This document shows positions 51,575 to 64,000 of a DNA stretch of 64,000 nucleotides, piece by piece (the first letter of the stretch is position 1; every line of letters starts with the position of its first letter). The position numbers were made by a program, and so were the translations under genes. This DNA comes from Lytechinus pictus (lineage: Eukaryota), in NCBI RefSeq assembly GCF_037042905.1, contig NC_087251.1, positions 43,836,001-43,900,000 on the forward strand, written 5' to 3'. The notes beneath the pieces were generated by a model. It ran no database searches and was not told where the DNA came from. It saw only the letters and a list, made by a program, of their open reading frames with translations.

Positions 51575-54460
51575 TGTTCATATATCGGATCGAAACTCTT
51601 CTGTACAGCCTTTGATCAGATTGATCTAGAAGATACTGCAGACCTCGATGTGATGAACATCTCTTAAGTCAGAATGAACATCTTTAGTGTTGATGCTGTG
51701 TGGCTCTTTTGATCTGTGTCTGTACCTGAGACAAACAAGAACTCTGTATTTGTAAGCAGTGTCTACTGTGAGTACTTTCATCTGTGTCCAAGTACAGAAG
51801 GCATGAAGCAGAAAGTCATTCTCGGTCTGTAACAGAGATCAGTTTACAGGGTTCATCTTTGCATATGTAGCTCCGATTTCAGTTGTGAGTTCAGAAATGT
51901 TTAAAGATGTCAGACAGCTCAATGATAATGGACTGACTAGTTCGTAGTGGGGATATGTCCCAAATGACCTCTGATATCCGCAGACAATTTATATCATGGA
52001 GAAGCAATTATGTGCTCTTTTGATCAGGGTGACAGAGGTTGCTCATGTATATAACTTCAAAATTCCCTCTCATTCACCTCGTTATTGAATGCATCGTGAG
52101 TGAATAAAGACTGATTCCGTAGGATGTTCCAATTGTGTATGTACCTTTTAGCTATGAGTTCCAAAACATGTGCTATTCTAATTGTTTGTTTTTAAAATCT
52201 GACATGGTATTCTCCCAAAATTTATCTGATTTCCAATTCATTTTGCCCCCTGACAAATGATCTTGACACATGATAATAAATAGTAGTAAACAATCATGTT
52301 TAGAAAGAAAACGATCTTGTTGCGGCTGATTTTTTGGGGATCAATGTGAGGTTTTGGGTGATTTGAGTTGGGGTTCTGAGTTCGTACCATGGTTTGTGTA
52401 GTGTGTCATTGCGTTGCATTTCATTGTGTATGTGTGAGGACAACAGAAAGGATGTGATTGGTGTGATGGATTTTATTTTTGCCTCACTGCTACGATTTGA
52501 GTGCATGTGTGTATCCAGCGTGCAGAGTATTGGCACTGAAAAGGATTGGAATAATGTAGCCAAAGGGGCTTCAGGGGACTTCGCCCCTGACCCACAGCAG
52601 GAGCTCTGCCCCCCCCCCCCCCTTGCTAGGACTCTCAGCCATTTTTGTTGCCCACTATCATATGCCTGATTATCAATGAGGCTCGGTGTTTGAAATGCAG
52701 TTTGCATGAATTGATTGTTGCTATGCCAGGCAATCTGTTCATTTTTTCACATCAGCGGTATTTAGATTCTAGTACAAATGGCCTTTATCTGCACATGCTC
52801 AGAGTGCATCTCCAAGCTGTTGTATTGAAATTAAAGGCATATGTGTACTTTATAGACATGTAATAAAAAAACAAAAACAAAGGAGTGATGAAATATGTAC
52901 ATGGATGCCTTTCTTTCAACCTTAAAACTCTGAAACCAACCAAAAAAAATCAAAAGAAATGCTTTTGATACGTTATAATTGAAGATTTTGTGTAATTTCT
53001 ATCGTGCCGATAATATAGAACACATAAGTGTATGTGATGAAATTAAGATGGTGTTTCCTGCCGGTCACTTAATATTTCACTTTTTTAAGCACTAAATAGT
53101 GATTTTCCGACGCGATTTTTTTTCTGGGCTTCATTTTAGTAACATAATTATCACAGACACGGGTGACAAGTGGGACCTCGCAGCTCAGATTTTTAAAAAG
53201 TCAAATCAATGTTAGCCAATGCCTTTAAGGCACTTTACCTGAAGCCAGATTCTGTCTTTCATGCAGGAATCCCACAAGTGGCTTGTTATTGCTCATTCTA
53301 ATTTTCCATTAAAAAAAAGGGTAAAGCAGGAATGCCATTCTTAAAAGACAGAGAGATTCCAGCTGAAACACACCAAACCGAATGTTTTATGTATATTATA
53401 TATTTGTTGTGTATTTAAAGAAACAAACATAAATCATAAGCTAAGTCCATATATTTGAAAACGAGAAAAGGGGTTATAAACCAAATTGCATCCAATTACA
53501 TGCATTTACATCACGCCCCCCCCCCCCCCGTGATAAAAAAGAAGAATAAAAGTTCCACAACCAATTTTTAAAAAAAGAATAAAGAAACGAAACAAGCACT
53601 AAGGTGAAACATGTTCTCATTTGTTGAATATTATGTCACAAGATTGGAATCTCATCTAAAAACTTTTTAATAAAACGTTTAAAATCATTGTTCCCCACAT
53701 TTTTACAATTTTTCCTAAATACGTGCCCCTTCAAAATGATTGGCTCAGTACGTTACTGATTTGCAGGGAATTAATGAAAAAGATTGTTGCTCATAAATGA
53801 GGGAATGTAATTAGTAGGCCTTACAGCCTGTTTCTTCGAATTTTGAAAGGAAAGAAGACATTTCCCACTGACAAATGTTGTGTGAAGAATACACTTCATC
53901 ATAATTTATTTTCTCTCAACCAAAGACGACCCGGGATATTTTTGGCGGGGCGAGGGCATATGACGACCTTTATTCTCAATTGAAAAAAAAAAAAAATTGG
54001 TGTTTTTTTTTATGAGAATATATATAACTTCAACTTTAAGGATTCACCTTCCAAGATGCAATCCTTTTTTCAACAATTTGAAATACATATTTTTAGAACA
54101 TATCATATAAACCACATGTTCATTGAAATACAGTCGTAATACAAGACCAATAGTAGGCTATGCCACTCCTTGTTTTTATTATCTTCTTTCTTGTCTCTTC
54201 CTTCTAATTCCTTTTTTCTTCTTCTTTTCTGTATTGTTTCTTTGTTTTTACTTCTCGAAAAATAATAGGGAGTGGTCGCCCCTGCTCTCAATTAGTTCAC
54301 CCTTGCTCCCCATCTGTATTCCCCCCGTTTTCCCCTTTGAAATTATTTGCCAGCAAAGGGGAGGGGGGTTGCGTACCCGTCACGGTCTGTCTCTCATAGT
54401 TCAGTCGCTTTTGCCGTAGTAGTCAATTTGACATGTAAACAGTCGCCCTGCGAACCGAGC

Positions 54461-54533
54461 GGCGCTGTGGCTTAGTTGGTTAAAGCGCCTGTCTAGTAAA
54501 CAGGAGATCCCCGGTTCAAATCCGGGATTGCCT
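54461..54533 (+). tRNA. tRNA-Thr(AGT) with imperfect acceptor stem (possible pseudogene)
   Basis: GGCGCTGTGGCTTAGTTGGTTAAAGCG, anticodon arm CCTGT-CTAGTAA-ACAGG, T arm CCCGG-TTCAAAT-CCGGG, followed by an oligo-T Pol III terminator. Confidence 0.85.
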
Positions 54534-54877
54534 TTTTTTTCTTTCCTGATTAGCAATCGTTTTTTTAGAATAGTAAGTCTATTCCCAAAAGTGCCTCTAT
54601 ATTCATTGCATCAATATTCATTCTTCTGTACACTTGACATTGTTTTAATTGATGATATGATTTGTAAATAAAATATTAGCACTAAAAATAAACTCGACGT
54701 CCGTTTTGGAAGAGTGACAACGTTTAAAAAAAACCACCAAAGGTTGCGTATTCGAACGAGCTGCTTAATCATTGATGATTGATGCATTATGGATATGAAA
54801 CTAATTTTCTTCTCGAATATGTCATCAAATTTGGTAAACTTCCAGATCAACCTTCTTAAGGTCCTTTTTATTGTTAA

Positions 54878-55400
54878 AGGGCAAGTCCATCCCAACAAAA
54901 AGTTGATTTGAATAAAAAGAGAAAAATACAAGAATAACACTGAAAATTTCATCAAAATCGAATTTCACAAAACAGTTATATGCACACCCTGGCTGGTATA
55001 CAAATGAGGAGACTGATGACGTCATCCACTCGCTATTTCTTTTGTTTTTTATTATATGAAATATTCCTAATCTTCTGATTATCAAGTGAAACAACGATTA
55101 ATTCCTTCCTGAACATGTGGATTATCATTGTTTAATACTTTATGGTTCAGTCAAGTTGGACCTTATTGTCAAATCTGTAAAAGTTAAAATATTGTATAAT
55201 TCAAACAATAAAAAACAAAGGAAATAGTGAGTGATGGACATCATCGACTGACTCATTTGCATGTCACTGAGTTGTGAAAAATAAGCGAAACTTTAAAATG
55301 CCTTATTTTACATCCGATTTTGATGAAATTTTCAGCACTATGCTAGTTTGATTTTTCTCTATTTATTCAAATCAACATTTTCTTGGGGTAGACTTGACCT
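54878..55400. mobile_element. Kolobok-like MITE with TTAA target; second copy at ~47320-47900
   Basis: ttaa-AGGGCAAGTCCATCCCA...TGGGGTAGACTTGACCT-ttaa; the two copies align over their length. Confidence 0.8.
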
Positions 55401-56678
55401 TTAATATAAACATTATAAACATAATCATTATTAATATCCTTGCTCTTATTATTAGTTCCCTTTATCATCATCATCATCTCATGAGCATCATCATCGTCGT
55501 CGTTTTCGTCGACATCACCATCGAGATCATCAACAGCCATAACACTATCAAATCTTTATCATCTTGATCTCGATTAAGAAAGGTGTCCCAATACACGCCC
55601 CAAATTAAAATACTGTTTGACCCGTCACCTGCTTTATATCCGGCTTTATTTAAAAAAAAATATATATATATATACATGTATCTTCTACTAACCGGGTTTT
55701 TTTTTTCTTATCACACGGAAACAGTATGGTTGTTAGTTCCTAAAAGGGGGTTGATTTTTGTAATATGTGTCGGTCTTTGACAACCTTCCAGTTATGTTAT
55801 TCATTAATGCTACGTTATTATATGTGTTGTAAGGCATTTAGAAACGTTTGGTATAATATCAAGCACTTTGGAAATACAATATATTATGTTTATCATTATT
55901 TAGCCTTCAATCGGGCTAGCAATAGTCTTTTCTATTCCACCATCAGCATCTTCATGCGAACTCATAGTGGAGTGTGCATGCTTGTAAAAGCAAATAAATC
56001 GTTTCTAAACCACAATCTGCACTTTCTTTCCTATCATGTTGTTGCTTAGCAACTAGACGCTTCCTCTTTATGCTCGTTACTTGACCAGTCAATTTATCCG
56101 ATTTGGAACAAGGGCTCAAACCGGATTACATGCCCCTTCACTTAAACCCTTTTCAACTCAAAGGAAATGTTACAAAGGAGTATAGTTAGTCTCAAATTTT
56201 CTCTATTTATCCACCAGCTAAGAATGTAAGAAGAAGATTAAATGAATGGTGAGCACAAAAGGATTTTAATGTAACGGTACTGTTCAGAAAATTCTTCTCA
56301 TTTCAGCAAAGACATGCAGACTCACGCGTCATGATTTGTTATACGTCAATAAGATATTTGCTCATCAATTTTGATTAAGCTTGGTTTCAAACGATTTATT
56401 GAAAATTCTGGAACCACCTATATCTTGTGAAGCAATTAGGATGTTCTTTCGAGCGCATTAAATACACAATTTCTTTTGCATTAAACTAGTGTGCAACTGG
56501 ATGCTGCATACATGACATATTAGACTTGGCCTCAGATATGACAGATGGGCACCCAAAACTGGTCTTGATATTGATGCAAGCTTGAACCGACCTAGAACGA
56601 ACTGAATCTCATATCATCCGACCATCTCATCTGAGATAATGATTTTATTATGTCAACTAACTGAATGGTATTGATAAA

Positions 56679-58346
56679 ATGCCGTCTCGCCCAACGAAAG
56701 ACATCTACTCCAGCCAGGCATCGGAGGTGGACGCGCGGATGACGGCAACCATCAAAGCCACGAACGAACTCCAGAGGAAAACAAAAGAGATTGATAAACA
56801 GCGACAAGGGAGCATCCAGGTCTACCATCAACGGAGAAGTGAATTGAAACAATTTCTGGCTGGGTTGTATACCGATAGTGGTGTCCATGGAAAACATGAC
56901 GCTGCACCAAGTGAAGGAGTGAGGGATGGAAGGAGAGAGGAAATGGAGAAGAAAACACGAAGGAGAGGGAAAGATGATAGACCAATAAGACGTCATCAGA
57001 GTAACCAGACCACAGCTGCCAAGTTTCTCTCTGTTGGGTTTGGAGGGCTTAATGGTCTCGGTTTACCAACGAGTGACGATGATACGGAGTCATCTAGTGA
57101 TGATGATAGTGATTGTAGTGAAATTAAGCAAAGTGACGACCTAAAAAAAAGTTCCGAGAGGGAAAACAAAGATGACGACGAGAACTATTGTAAACCTCGG
57201 CGAGCTGGGCCTAAGCTGCCGAAAATTATCAACGCTCGACCTAACGCACGAAGGCGTTCCGTCTCAGATATGGGACGAAAGTTTGATATTGCTCAATTCA
57301 GGCGACGCTTCAGTCAATTCAGTCGCTGTGTTGACGAAAGGAAGTTTATACGAACAGACGTCGATTGTGAGGACGGCGACGGGTTACGACCTCCACCATT
57401 GACGAGATCGACGTTAGCCAGCTTGGATTCAAAGCCGACTCATCTGCATGCTAAGATTCAACAATGGTGCGATAGCATCGGTGACGATTGGTTCGGCAGT
57501 GCCAGTAAGGATGATGGCGATGATTTAAAAAGCAAAACCGACGAAACAGTTCTTAAAATAGTTGAGCGACAAGAGAGCAACTCCAGGAAAGGCGTTCCCG
57601 ACAGCCAAGACATGAAAACGAACGAAAACCAATTTCTTCATCTCCCATCTTGGTCATTGTCGCGTTCTAGTTCCCGCCATGTATCCCCTTTACCACCATC
57701 ATCACACTCGCGTAGCAGACGATCAAGTCATGCAAAGTTACCAAGAACTCCAAGAAATAGTGACAGATCAAAGAGACCCACTGAATCGGATGTCGACGAT
57801 CGGTGTGATATTGAGTTGGTTGATGGTGGATTCGGTCTCGACGGAACGAGAGTGGTGAAGATAGCTAGTCTTCCAGTGTCCAGTTTGATCAAGGAGGTCG
57901 ATCGCGCTGGCGATCATCTAGTCCCTGGTAATCGGAATCACATCGACAAGAGAGTCCACTTCGTCGTCGATGGCGGGGAAGTCAATAACGTCTCAACAAC
58001 ACGTCTAGGTTCATTACCAAGGCTGAAATCTCAGGACAGATCCCAGATTGATGCTGGGGTAGAACTAGAAGGCTCGGAGTTCGAAGTCAAACTCTCGATG
58101 AGGAGTGATACAACTAAAGATGGCACCAAAGTGTGGCACCATTCGTATCATGAATGTAAGGTATATCGCGGAAGAGATAGAGCAATAAGCCTCGCAGATC
58201 CGTTGACGTTAGATCGTCAGGCTCGAGCACAAACTCGAGTGGTGCAACGACAGCGAGCTCGTATGAGGAGAGAGTCGTATACGTACTCGGCCAATGCTAG
58301 TATTGATGCAGCATTGAAATACGACCTCAGGAAATGGAGTCTTTGA
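56679..58346 (+). CDS. Uncharacterised 555-aa single-exon protein; N-terminal predicted coiled coil, mostly disordered, many RRxS sites
   Basis: 1668-bp ORF, GC-richer than its flanks, aaaATG start, no recognisable transposon domain. Confidence 0.8.
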   Translation: MPSRPTKDIYSSQASEVDARMTATIKATNELQRKTKEIDKQRQGSIQVYHQRRSELKQFLAGLYTDSGVHGKHDAAPSEGVRDGRREEMEKKTRRRGKDDRPIRRHQSNQTTAAKFLSVGFGGLNGLGLPTSDDDTESSSDDDSDCSEIKQSDDLKKSSERENKDDDENYCKPRRAGPKLPKIINARPNARRRSVSDMGRKFDIAQFRRRFSQFSRCVDERKFIRTDVDCEDGDGLRPPPLTRSTLASLDSKPTHLHAKIQQWCDSIGDDWFGSASKDDGDDLKSKTDETVLKIVERQESNSRKGVPDSQDMKTNENQFLHLPSWSLSRSSSRHVSPLPPSSHSRSRRSSHAKLPRTPRNSDRSKRPTESDVDDRCDIELVDGGFGLDGTRVVKIASLPVSSLIKEVDRAGDHLVPGNRNHIDKRVHFVVDGGEVNNVSTTRLGSLPRLKSQDRSQIDAGVELEGSEFEVKLSMRSDTTKDGTKVWHHSYHECKVYRGRDRAISLADPLTLDRQARAQTRVVQRQRARMRRESYTYSANASIDAALKYDLRKWSL

Positions 58347-58851
58347 TATGATACTCAGTAAACGAAAACAATTATACAGAATGTTGTTGTTGATTTTGGA
58401 TGTAAGGTGTGTCCCATCCAGATGTGAATATTTACGCCTAAAAAGGAGTCAATAAGGCATCGAAAATTGTCTCGTTTCAGGTTTCCATATATCATTGACG
58501 TCTTTTAGAAATGGAGTTGAAATTGGGTTTTTTTTTTTCCACAATGAGGAGTTTTCGTACCGTGATCATTGTCGAAAATTGGTGAACCGGAACAGCAGTG
58601 TCGTCCTAAGTTTCAGAGCTGACAAAAATTGCAAATGATGTCGTTTGCCATGAGGCCAGGATGAAACTGCTGTTTTGATTCACCAATTTTCGACAAAGAC
58701 TTCTTGGTTGCCTTTTGTCATGAAGAGCATTTGACAATAAATTATCTATGTTCTTAAAAGCGTTCTGCGTACTAGCTGCGAGGAAGCCCCCTACTCATTC
58801 GTTAATACATTTCGGGTTGCACGTAAATTAATTTTAATTCATAACGTTAAT

Positions 58852-59091
58852 GGGTGATTTCAAGTTCAGCGTTGACCTTTTGGTGTTGGTGTTAGGTCAA
58901 GTTTTACACGATTATTACACCAAACATAACATGAAGTTGGTCACGAAAGGTCCCTCACTAGTTGTTTAGAGGTCAATGATGTGATCTGGATCAGTTTTAC
59001 AAAATCTGAATAAGTTTTTGAGCTAGGGGGAGGTATCCAAATTTCAACACAAACACCAACACCAATGCCAACACCGGACTTGAAATCACCC
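58852..59091. mobile_element. Harbinger-like MITE; second copy at ~10222-10459
   Basis: TIR GGGTGATTTCAAGT; 3-bp TSD AAT. Confidence 0.82.
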
Positions 59092-59157
59092 AATGATTCG
59101 TGTCTTAACAAAAATTTTCGTGAGCCTCTTTTGTTAGATGAGAAGAATCAAGAGCAG

Positions 59158-59290
59158 GGTCCCGTAACACAAAGGTTAGCGATTAATCGTACGCTTGATT
59201 TTTACGATTGATTGTACATTGTAGTCAATGCAATCAATCGTAGAAAAATGTTCTACGATCATTGCTAAGCTTGGTGTTACAGGCCCCAGG
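59158..59290. mobile_element. Short palindromic MITE; related copy at ~47075-47210
   Basis: GGGTCCCGTAACACAAAG ... CTTGGTGTTACAGGCCCC. Confidence 0.7.
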
Positions 59291-62289
59291 ACGCTCTTTA
59301 ACCTTATTTGGTTTTCAATGTTTACGCCACTTAAATGAATAACATAATTTGGGATTCTCTTGTTCACACCTCTTTAGATCTATATATTATCTTGCGTGTA
59401 ATATATATTCTGAATTTTATTTTGAAATATTTTTAAAATTAAAGTTTAATATCTGGAACCCGGTGAAAGGCGGTGATACATAATAGGGTGCAAAATAACG
59501 CGATTCTGAGAGGAAATATATGAGGAAGCAAAGCGACCGAGCTTTAAAGTAATTGCGCCCTTTATAGCACATATCTTGAGGCATCAAATTCGCCTTTGAA
59601 TGGTGAGGGTGAAACCTTCTAAATACATTTCTGTCTGTATGTTTTCTCTTTTGCGGGATTTTGCGTCCTCGCAAAGTACCACTCGGGACACCTGCCTCCT
59701 CTGCCCTCGATACACACAACTGACAATACAAATAACAAAAAGAAAGTATTGGCTAAGAGGGTGAAAGTTTCATCTTTACCATGTCATTTCAATTTTTTTT
59801 GAAAATTTCTTCGCTTTTTAGATAGGCCTATTTCATAATTTGTTATCTTTCTCATTTTCCTTATTATAATAATCTTATTTCTGTCTTTTTCAGCTTTATT
59901 CCGTTCCCATTTACGATTCCAACAAACTTATTCTATTCATTTGCTTATGAAAAGCTCATTGGTTTTCTTTGAATGTGTAAATTGTGCAATGTATATGATA
60001 TCTATAGTTTAAAGTAGTAAATGACAATCAAACGCGTGCCTTGAATTTTTATTTTATTGATGTAAATGTATTATTTTTCAGCGTAGATGCTTTTAGTGAA
60101 TTGGCCTAAATTTGCAATAATCAGTACTCTCAATGTGAAATGATGTTTCCCAAGCAAATATATCTTTATCATCATAGTAGTTGTCGAATAGATAAAACTA
60201 AATTACGTTTACAAAAGAGATGTACGTTGTGTATGCAAACGAAACTGGTAATGCCCACCCCCCTCGGGTAGAGACATAATTTGAAAATGAAACATGAAGT
60301 AAGGATGTGTGCTTGTGTGCGAGTGTAAAATGTGAAAAAAGATAGAAAAGTGTGAGGTGTGTTTCGAAAAAAGAAGACTGGGAGGGGGGGATGGGGAAGA
60401 CAGTTTCAAATGACTTACTGAAACAGATATTAGCTTATTGATGTAGAAATAAAGTTGATCGATCACTCAAAATTATCATAAAAAACATTATAATTTCTTT
60501 ACCATTATTTTTTTTGAGGGAAGCTACAGATGTTTTTTTTTTTTCAATACAATCCCTCTTCTCCCTCGGATGAATAGACTGCGAAGTAGATGTAGAAATA
60601 AAATTGATTGATTAATTCAAATTATAAAAAAAAACAGTCTTGTTTCTTTACCATTTTTTTTTTTTTTTTTTTTTGGGGGGGGGGCTTCAGATGTTATTTC
60701 AATACAATCCCTCTATCTTCTCCCTCTGGTGAATAGTGACTGCGAACATGGCGAAGTGAAGATGTTGATGTCCGAGCCTTGTTGAGATAATCCCTAGTAA
60801 CGGATTTAATACCGGTGAAGTTATCTGGCTTCTCTCACCTTGTACTGGCGGGTCCCCCGTTCCTCTTAGGTGTTTTTTCCGATGATTGAAAAGAGAGGTG
60901 GAAAGAGAGGGTGAGAGTGGGAAAGAAACCAATCAAAGGGAGATATGTAGAGAGGGGGCAGGGAGGGGGAGAGAGGAAGAGAGAATGCATGGGGAGAAGA
61001 GGGGGGGGGGGTAGAGAGAGAGAAAAAAACCGAGGCGGAGGTGGACATGGTGGATGTAGGTTGAGTATTTACATGTATATGTAGGTGCGGGATAGGCGTT
61101 ATGTGAACATCATAATGATCTGCGCCTCGGAATAGTTTACCCAAAGAGTTTACCAGATAGATGGCGCATAAAAATGTGTTGTGTTTATTACTATCACCAT
61201 GCAGAAAATACTAATAAAAGTTTTTGAACAATTATCATCAAACACCATATAGACCTTCAAAGAGTAATTGAAAAGTTTGAAACTGATTATTTTACTATAC
61301 CACATACATAATGAAACAAAAGAGTAAAATTTCACGAAAGAACGCATTAATCTCAAGATTAATAAGGTACAGATTAAAGATAGCAGGTAGAAAGGTTAGC
61401 AAGAATATATTAATTTCTGAATTATCTTTTAGCTATACTCTATATCTATTCATGGAGAGAGAGAAAGAGAGAGAGAGATGAAGAGGGGACAGAGGGGTAA
61501 AGAATGAAATAAAATGAGCCTTAGAGAAGTAGAAGGGTGCCTGGAGGGGGCTATTTTAAGAGTGTCAATACATACGAACAAGTAACAACAAATACGAGCC
61601 AGGAATGTAAATTGAAAGCAGGTTGTTTGAACAGTTTATTGGTTTCTGTTACCGAGTGCAAATCAGGTAGATACACAGAGGGTGGACTCGAAAACAAAAG
61701 ACGGAACAAAAGAAACATGCATTTTGCCAACAGAGTGGACCTTCAATCTGGGCAACAATAATTCATTAAAAAGGTATGAGAAGGGAAGACAAGTAACTTT
61801 TGGTGAATAAGAAGATAGGCTCTTCAAAACCTTAAGAGTTGGTCGAACAGGAGATAAGCACTCAGAAACGGTTCATTTTGATAAGAGACATGTATGGTAT
61901 CTGTTGCTCCTTAGGAATATAGCCCCCCTCCTTAGGAATCTAGAACGAAATCTAGGAATCTAGCCCACTTCTTAGGAATCTAAAAGGAAAAAGTGTGACG
62001 AACAGTTCCTGTATGTTTGAAGTTATACTGAATATAAATTGGTTTGATGTGATTTTTATGAGGAGTAACTTTGAAGAAGAGTCTCGACCATGATGTAAAA
62101 TGTGAAATATTTTGTACATGTACCCTGGATAAAAAGCTGGAAACCAATATGGGAGTGTCCACCATCATAGTAAAGCGTCGTCATTAATATCGCAACATCG
62201 GCATCCATTTGTTTCCGGTTTCTTCAAACTCGACACCGACTGGAAAGGTCTTTTATGTAAGAACAAATTTTAAAAAACGATCTCGAAAT

Positions 62290-63465
62290 CTTCATTTTTC
62301 TACCCTGTCTGGAATGAATTAGTATCAGAAGGAACAATATTTGTATTGTGTTTGCTTCGAGGATTTAATGAAAATGAATCCTACGAGAAAGTCGGCCGTC
62401 AATCTCGTCATCCTAAGAAAACTTCTTTTTGACGTTCTGTCTTGACTGAATGTGTATCAGAAGAAACACTACAGTATTTGCATTTCTTTTTCTCCGTGGA
62501 TGAGATAAGAATTAGTGCATCATATAGAATAAAACGTCGTCAATCTCGTCGCCGTAATTACGGGAATTTTTATTTTTTGTTCTGTCTTGAATGAATTGAT
62601 ATCCGAAAACAGACTATTTGTATTTTGTTTGCTTTGTGGATGAGATAGAAATTAATGGATCACAGGAGAAAACGTCGTCAATCACGTCATCATATGTAAA
62701 TTTAATTTTCTCAGTTCTGTCCCGAATGAATTGATACCCGAAAACAGACTATTTGCATTTTGTTTGCTTCGTGGACGAGAAAAGAATTAATGGATCACAG
62801 AAGAAAACGTCGTCGATCTCGTCATATGTAAACTTTTATTTTCTCAGTTCTGTCCCGAATGAATTGATATCAGGAAATACACTTTTTGCATTTTTTTTTT
62901 TGCTTCGTGGATGAGATAAGAATTAATGGATCACAGAAGAAAACGTCGTCGATCTCGTCATCGTCATATGTAAACTTTTGTTTTCTCAGTTCTGTCCCGA
63001 ATGAATTGATATCAGGAAATACACTTTTTGCATTTTGTTTGCTTCGTGGATGAGAAAAGAACTAATGGATCACAGAAGAAAACGTCGCCACTCTCGTCAT
63101 CATATGTAAACTTTTATTTTTTCAGTTCTGTCTCGAATGAATTGATATTAGGAAATACGCTACATGTATTTGTATTTTGTTTTCTTAGTGGATTTGACAA
63201 GGTTGGATCATTAAGGAAAGGGTCATGAAATATCTCGACATCATATGGAAACTTTTTTCATAAGTCTTGAATGACATGGTTTCAGAAAAAAACACTATAT
63301 TTTGTTTTGCTTCTTGGATTTGATAAGAATGGGTTGTAGAGCAAATCGTCATCACGCTCTTTTGTATTCTTGAATGATTTGGTATATCAGAAATACACTC
63401 TTTGTATCTTATTTTCTTCTTGTATTTGAGAAGAATGGATCGAGGAAAACGTCGCCAATCTCGTC
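62290..63465 (+). repeat. Tandem repeat, ~136-bp unit, about 9 copies with degenerate edges
   Basis: Recurring ttctgtcccgaatgaattgatatc...tttgcattttgtttgcttcgtggatgag...atggatcacagaagaaaacgtcg. Confidence 0.92.
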
Positions 63466-64000
63466 AGTCGGATGTCTTCTTCAGTGCCAGTCACAACAAA
63501 CTCGAGACGGACCACCACAAGAATATCGACGACATCAGCTCCTCGTATCGCGAGTTCATGAGGAACCATAAGAAGGAGGTCTGGGAGGTGCACCGTACTC
63601 TGAACGCCATCAAGCAGACTGATAGTCTTACGTTTGCCGATGGCAAGCGGAGGACGAATTTTCACCTCGCTGCCGTGAAGGCGCGGAAGGAGTTCGCCTC
63701 GATGCGTCCGGGGATCTTAAAACGGGAACCGAAACTCATGAACATCGCTGAGCTCCAGCACTGGCACGAATCCGTTGCACCAACTTCACCTACAGCAGAT
63801 ACAGGACAACATGAATCTTCTACGACGAAAGAAAGTGGGTCGAAGAACGCGCCAATGGTCGCGGAGGCGGGAGCGATTCCAAGCAGACGACATACGTTTC
63901 CATCTGTGAATAAAATTTCCCAACAACCCCGCCCTGAGGGCATGGTGCCATTAGATGTTATTCGTAGGCGGTCATCTGCAGGTGGTATCCAATCCAATAA
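63435..64000 (+). CDS. Uncharacterised protein, 5' part (at least 188 aa, runs off window): MDRGKRRQSRQSDVFFSASHNKLETDHHKNIDD...
   Basis: Hand translation is open to the window end. Sharp rise in GC content. Absent from the ORF track because there is no stop in the window. Confidence 0.78.
   Translation, partial: MDRGKRRQSRQSDVFFSASHNKLETDHHKNIDDISSSYREFMRNHKKEVWEVHRTLNAIKQTDSLTFADGKRRTNFHLAAVKARKEFASMRPGILKREPKLMNIAELQHWHESVAPTSPTADTGQHESSTTKESGSKNAPMVAEAGAIPSRRHTFPSVNKISQQPRPEGMVPLDVIRRRSSAGGIQSN

Noticed and set aside
63662..63997. 111-aa minus-strand ORF
   Set aside because: Antisense shadow of the longer + strand ORF starting at 63435.

Overview
AT-rich animal genomic DNA with GT-AG introns, microsatellites and dense transposons. 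The repeat style suggests an echinoderm such as a sea urchin (inference). The window holds five genes or gene candidates. (1) A 13-exon minus-strand gene (11398 to <1) encodes a secreted protein of at least 1109 aa with galaxin-like Cys-Cys repeats, followed by what looks like an NTR/TIMP-fold domain. (2) A 6-exon MED6 gene (+) has AGG where its start ATG is expected. (3) A tRNA-Thr(AGT) has a damaged acceptor stem. (4) An intronless 555-aa ORF is of unknown function. (5) A second unknown ORF runs off the right end; its start belongs to a ~136-bp tandem array whose units encode Arg-rich mini-ORFs. The 24-42 kb region is a nested transposon cluster: a SINE split by a foldback element that carries an RTE-X-like LINE, hAT MITEs, and a near full-length L1/Tx1 element with a 3.4-kb inter-ORF spacer. 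Exon structures were derived by hand from splice sites and frame continuity; no database search was run.
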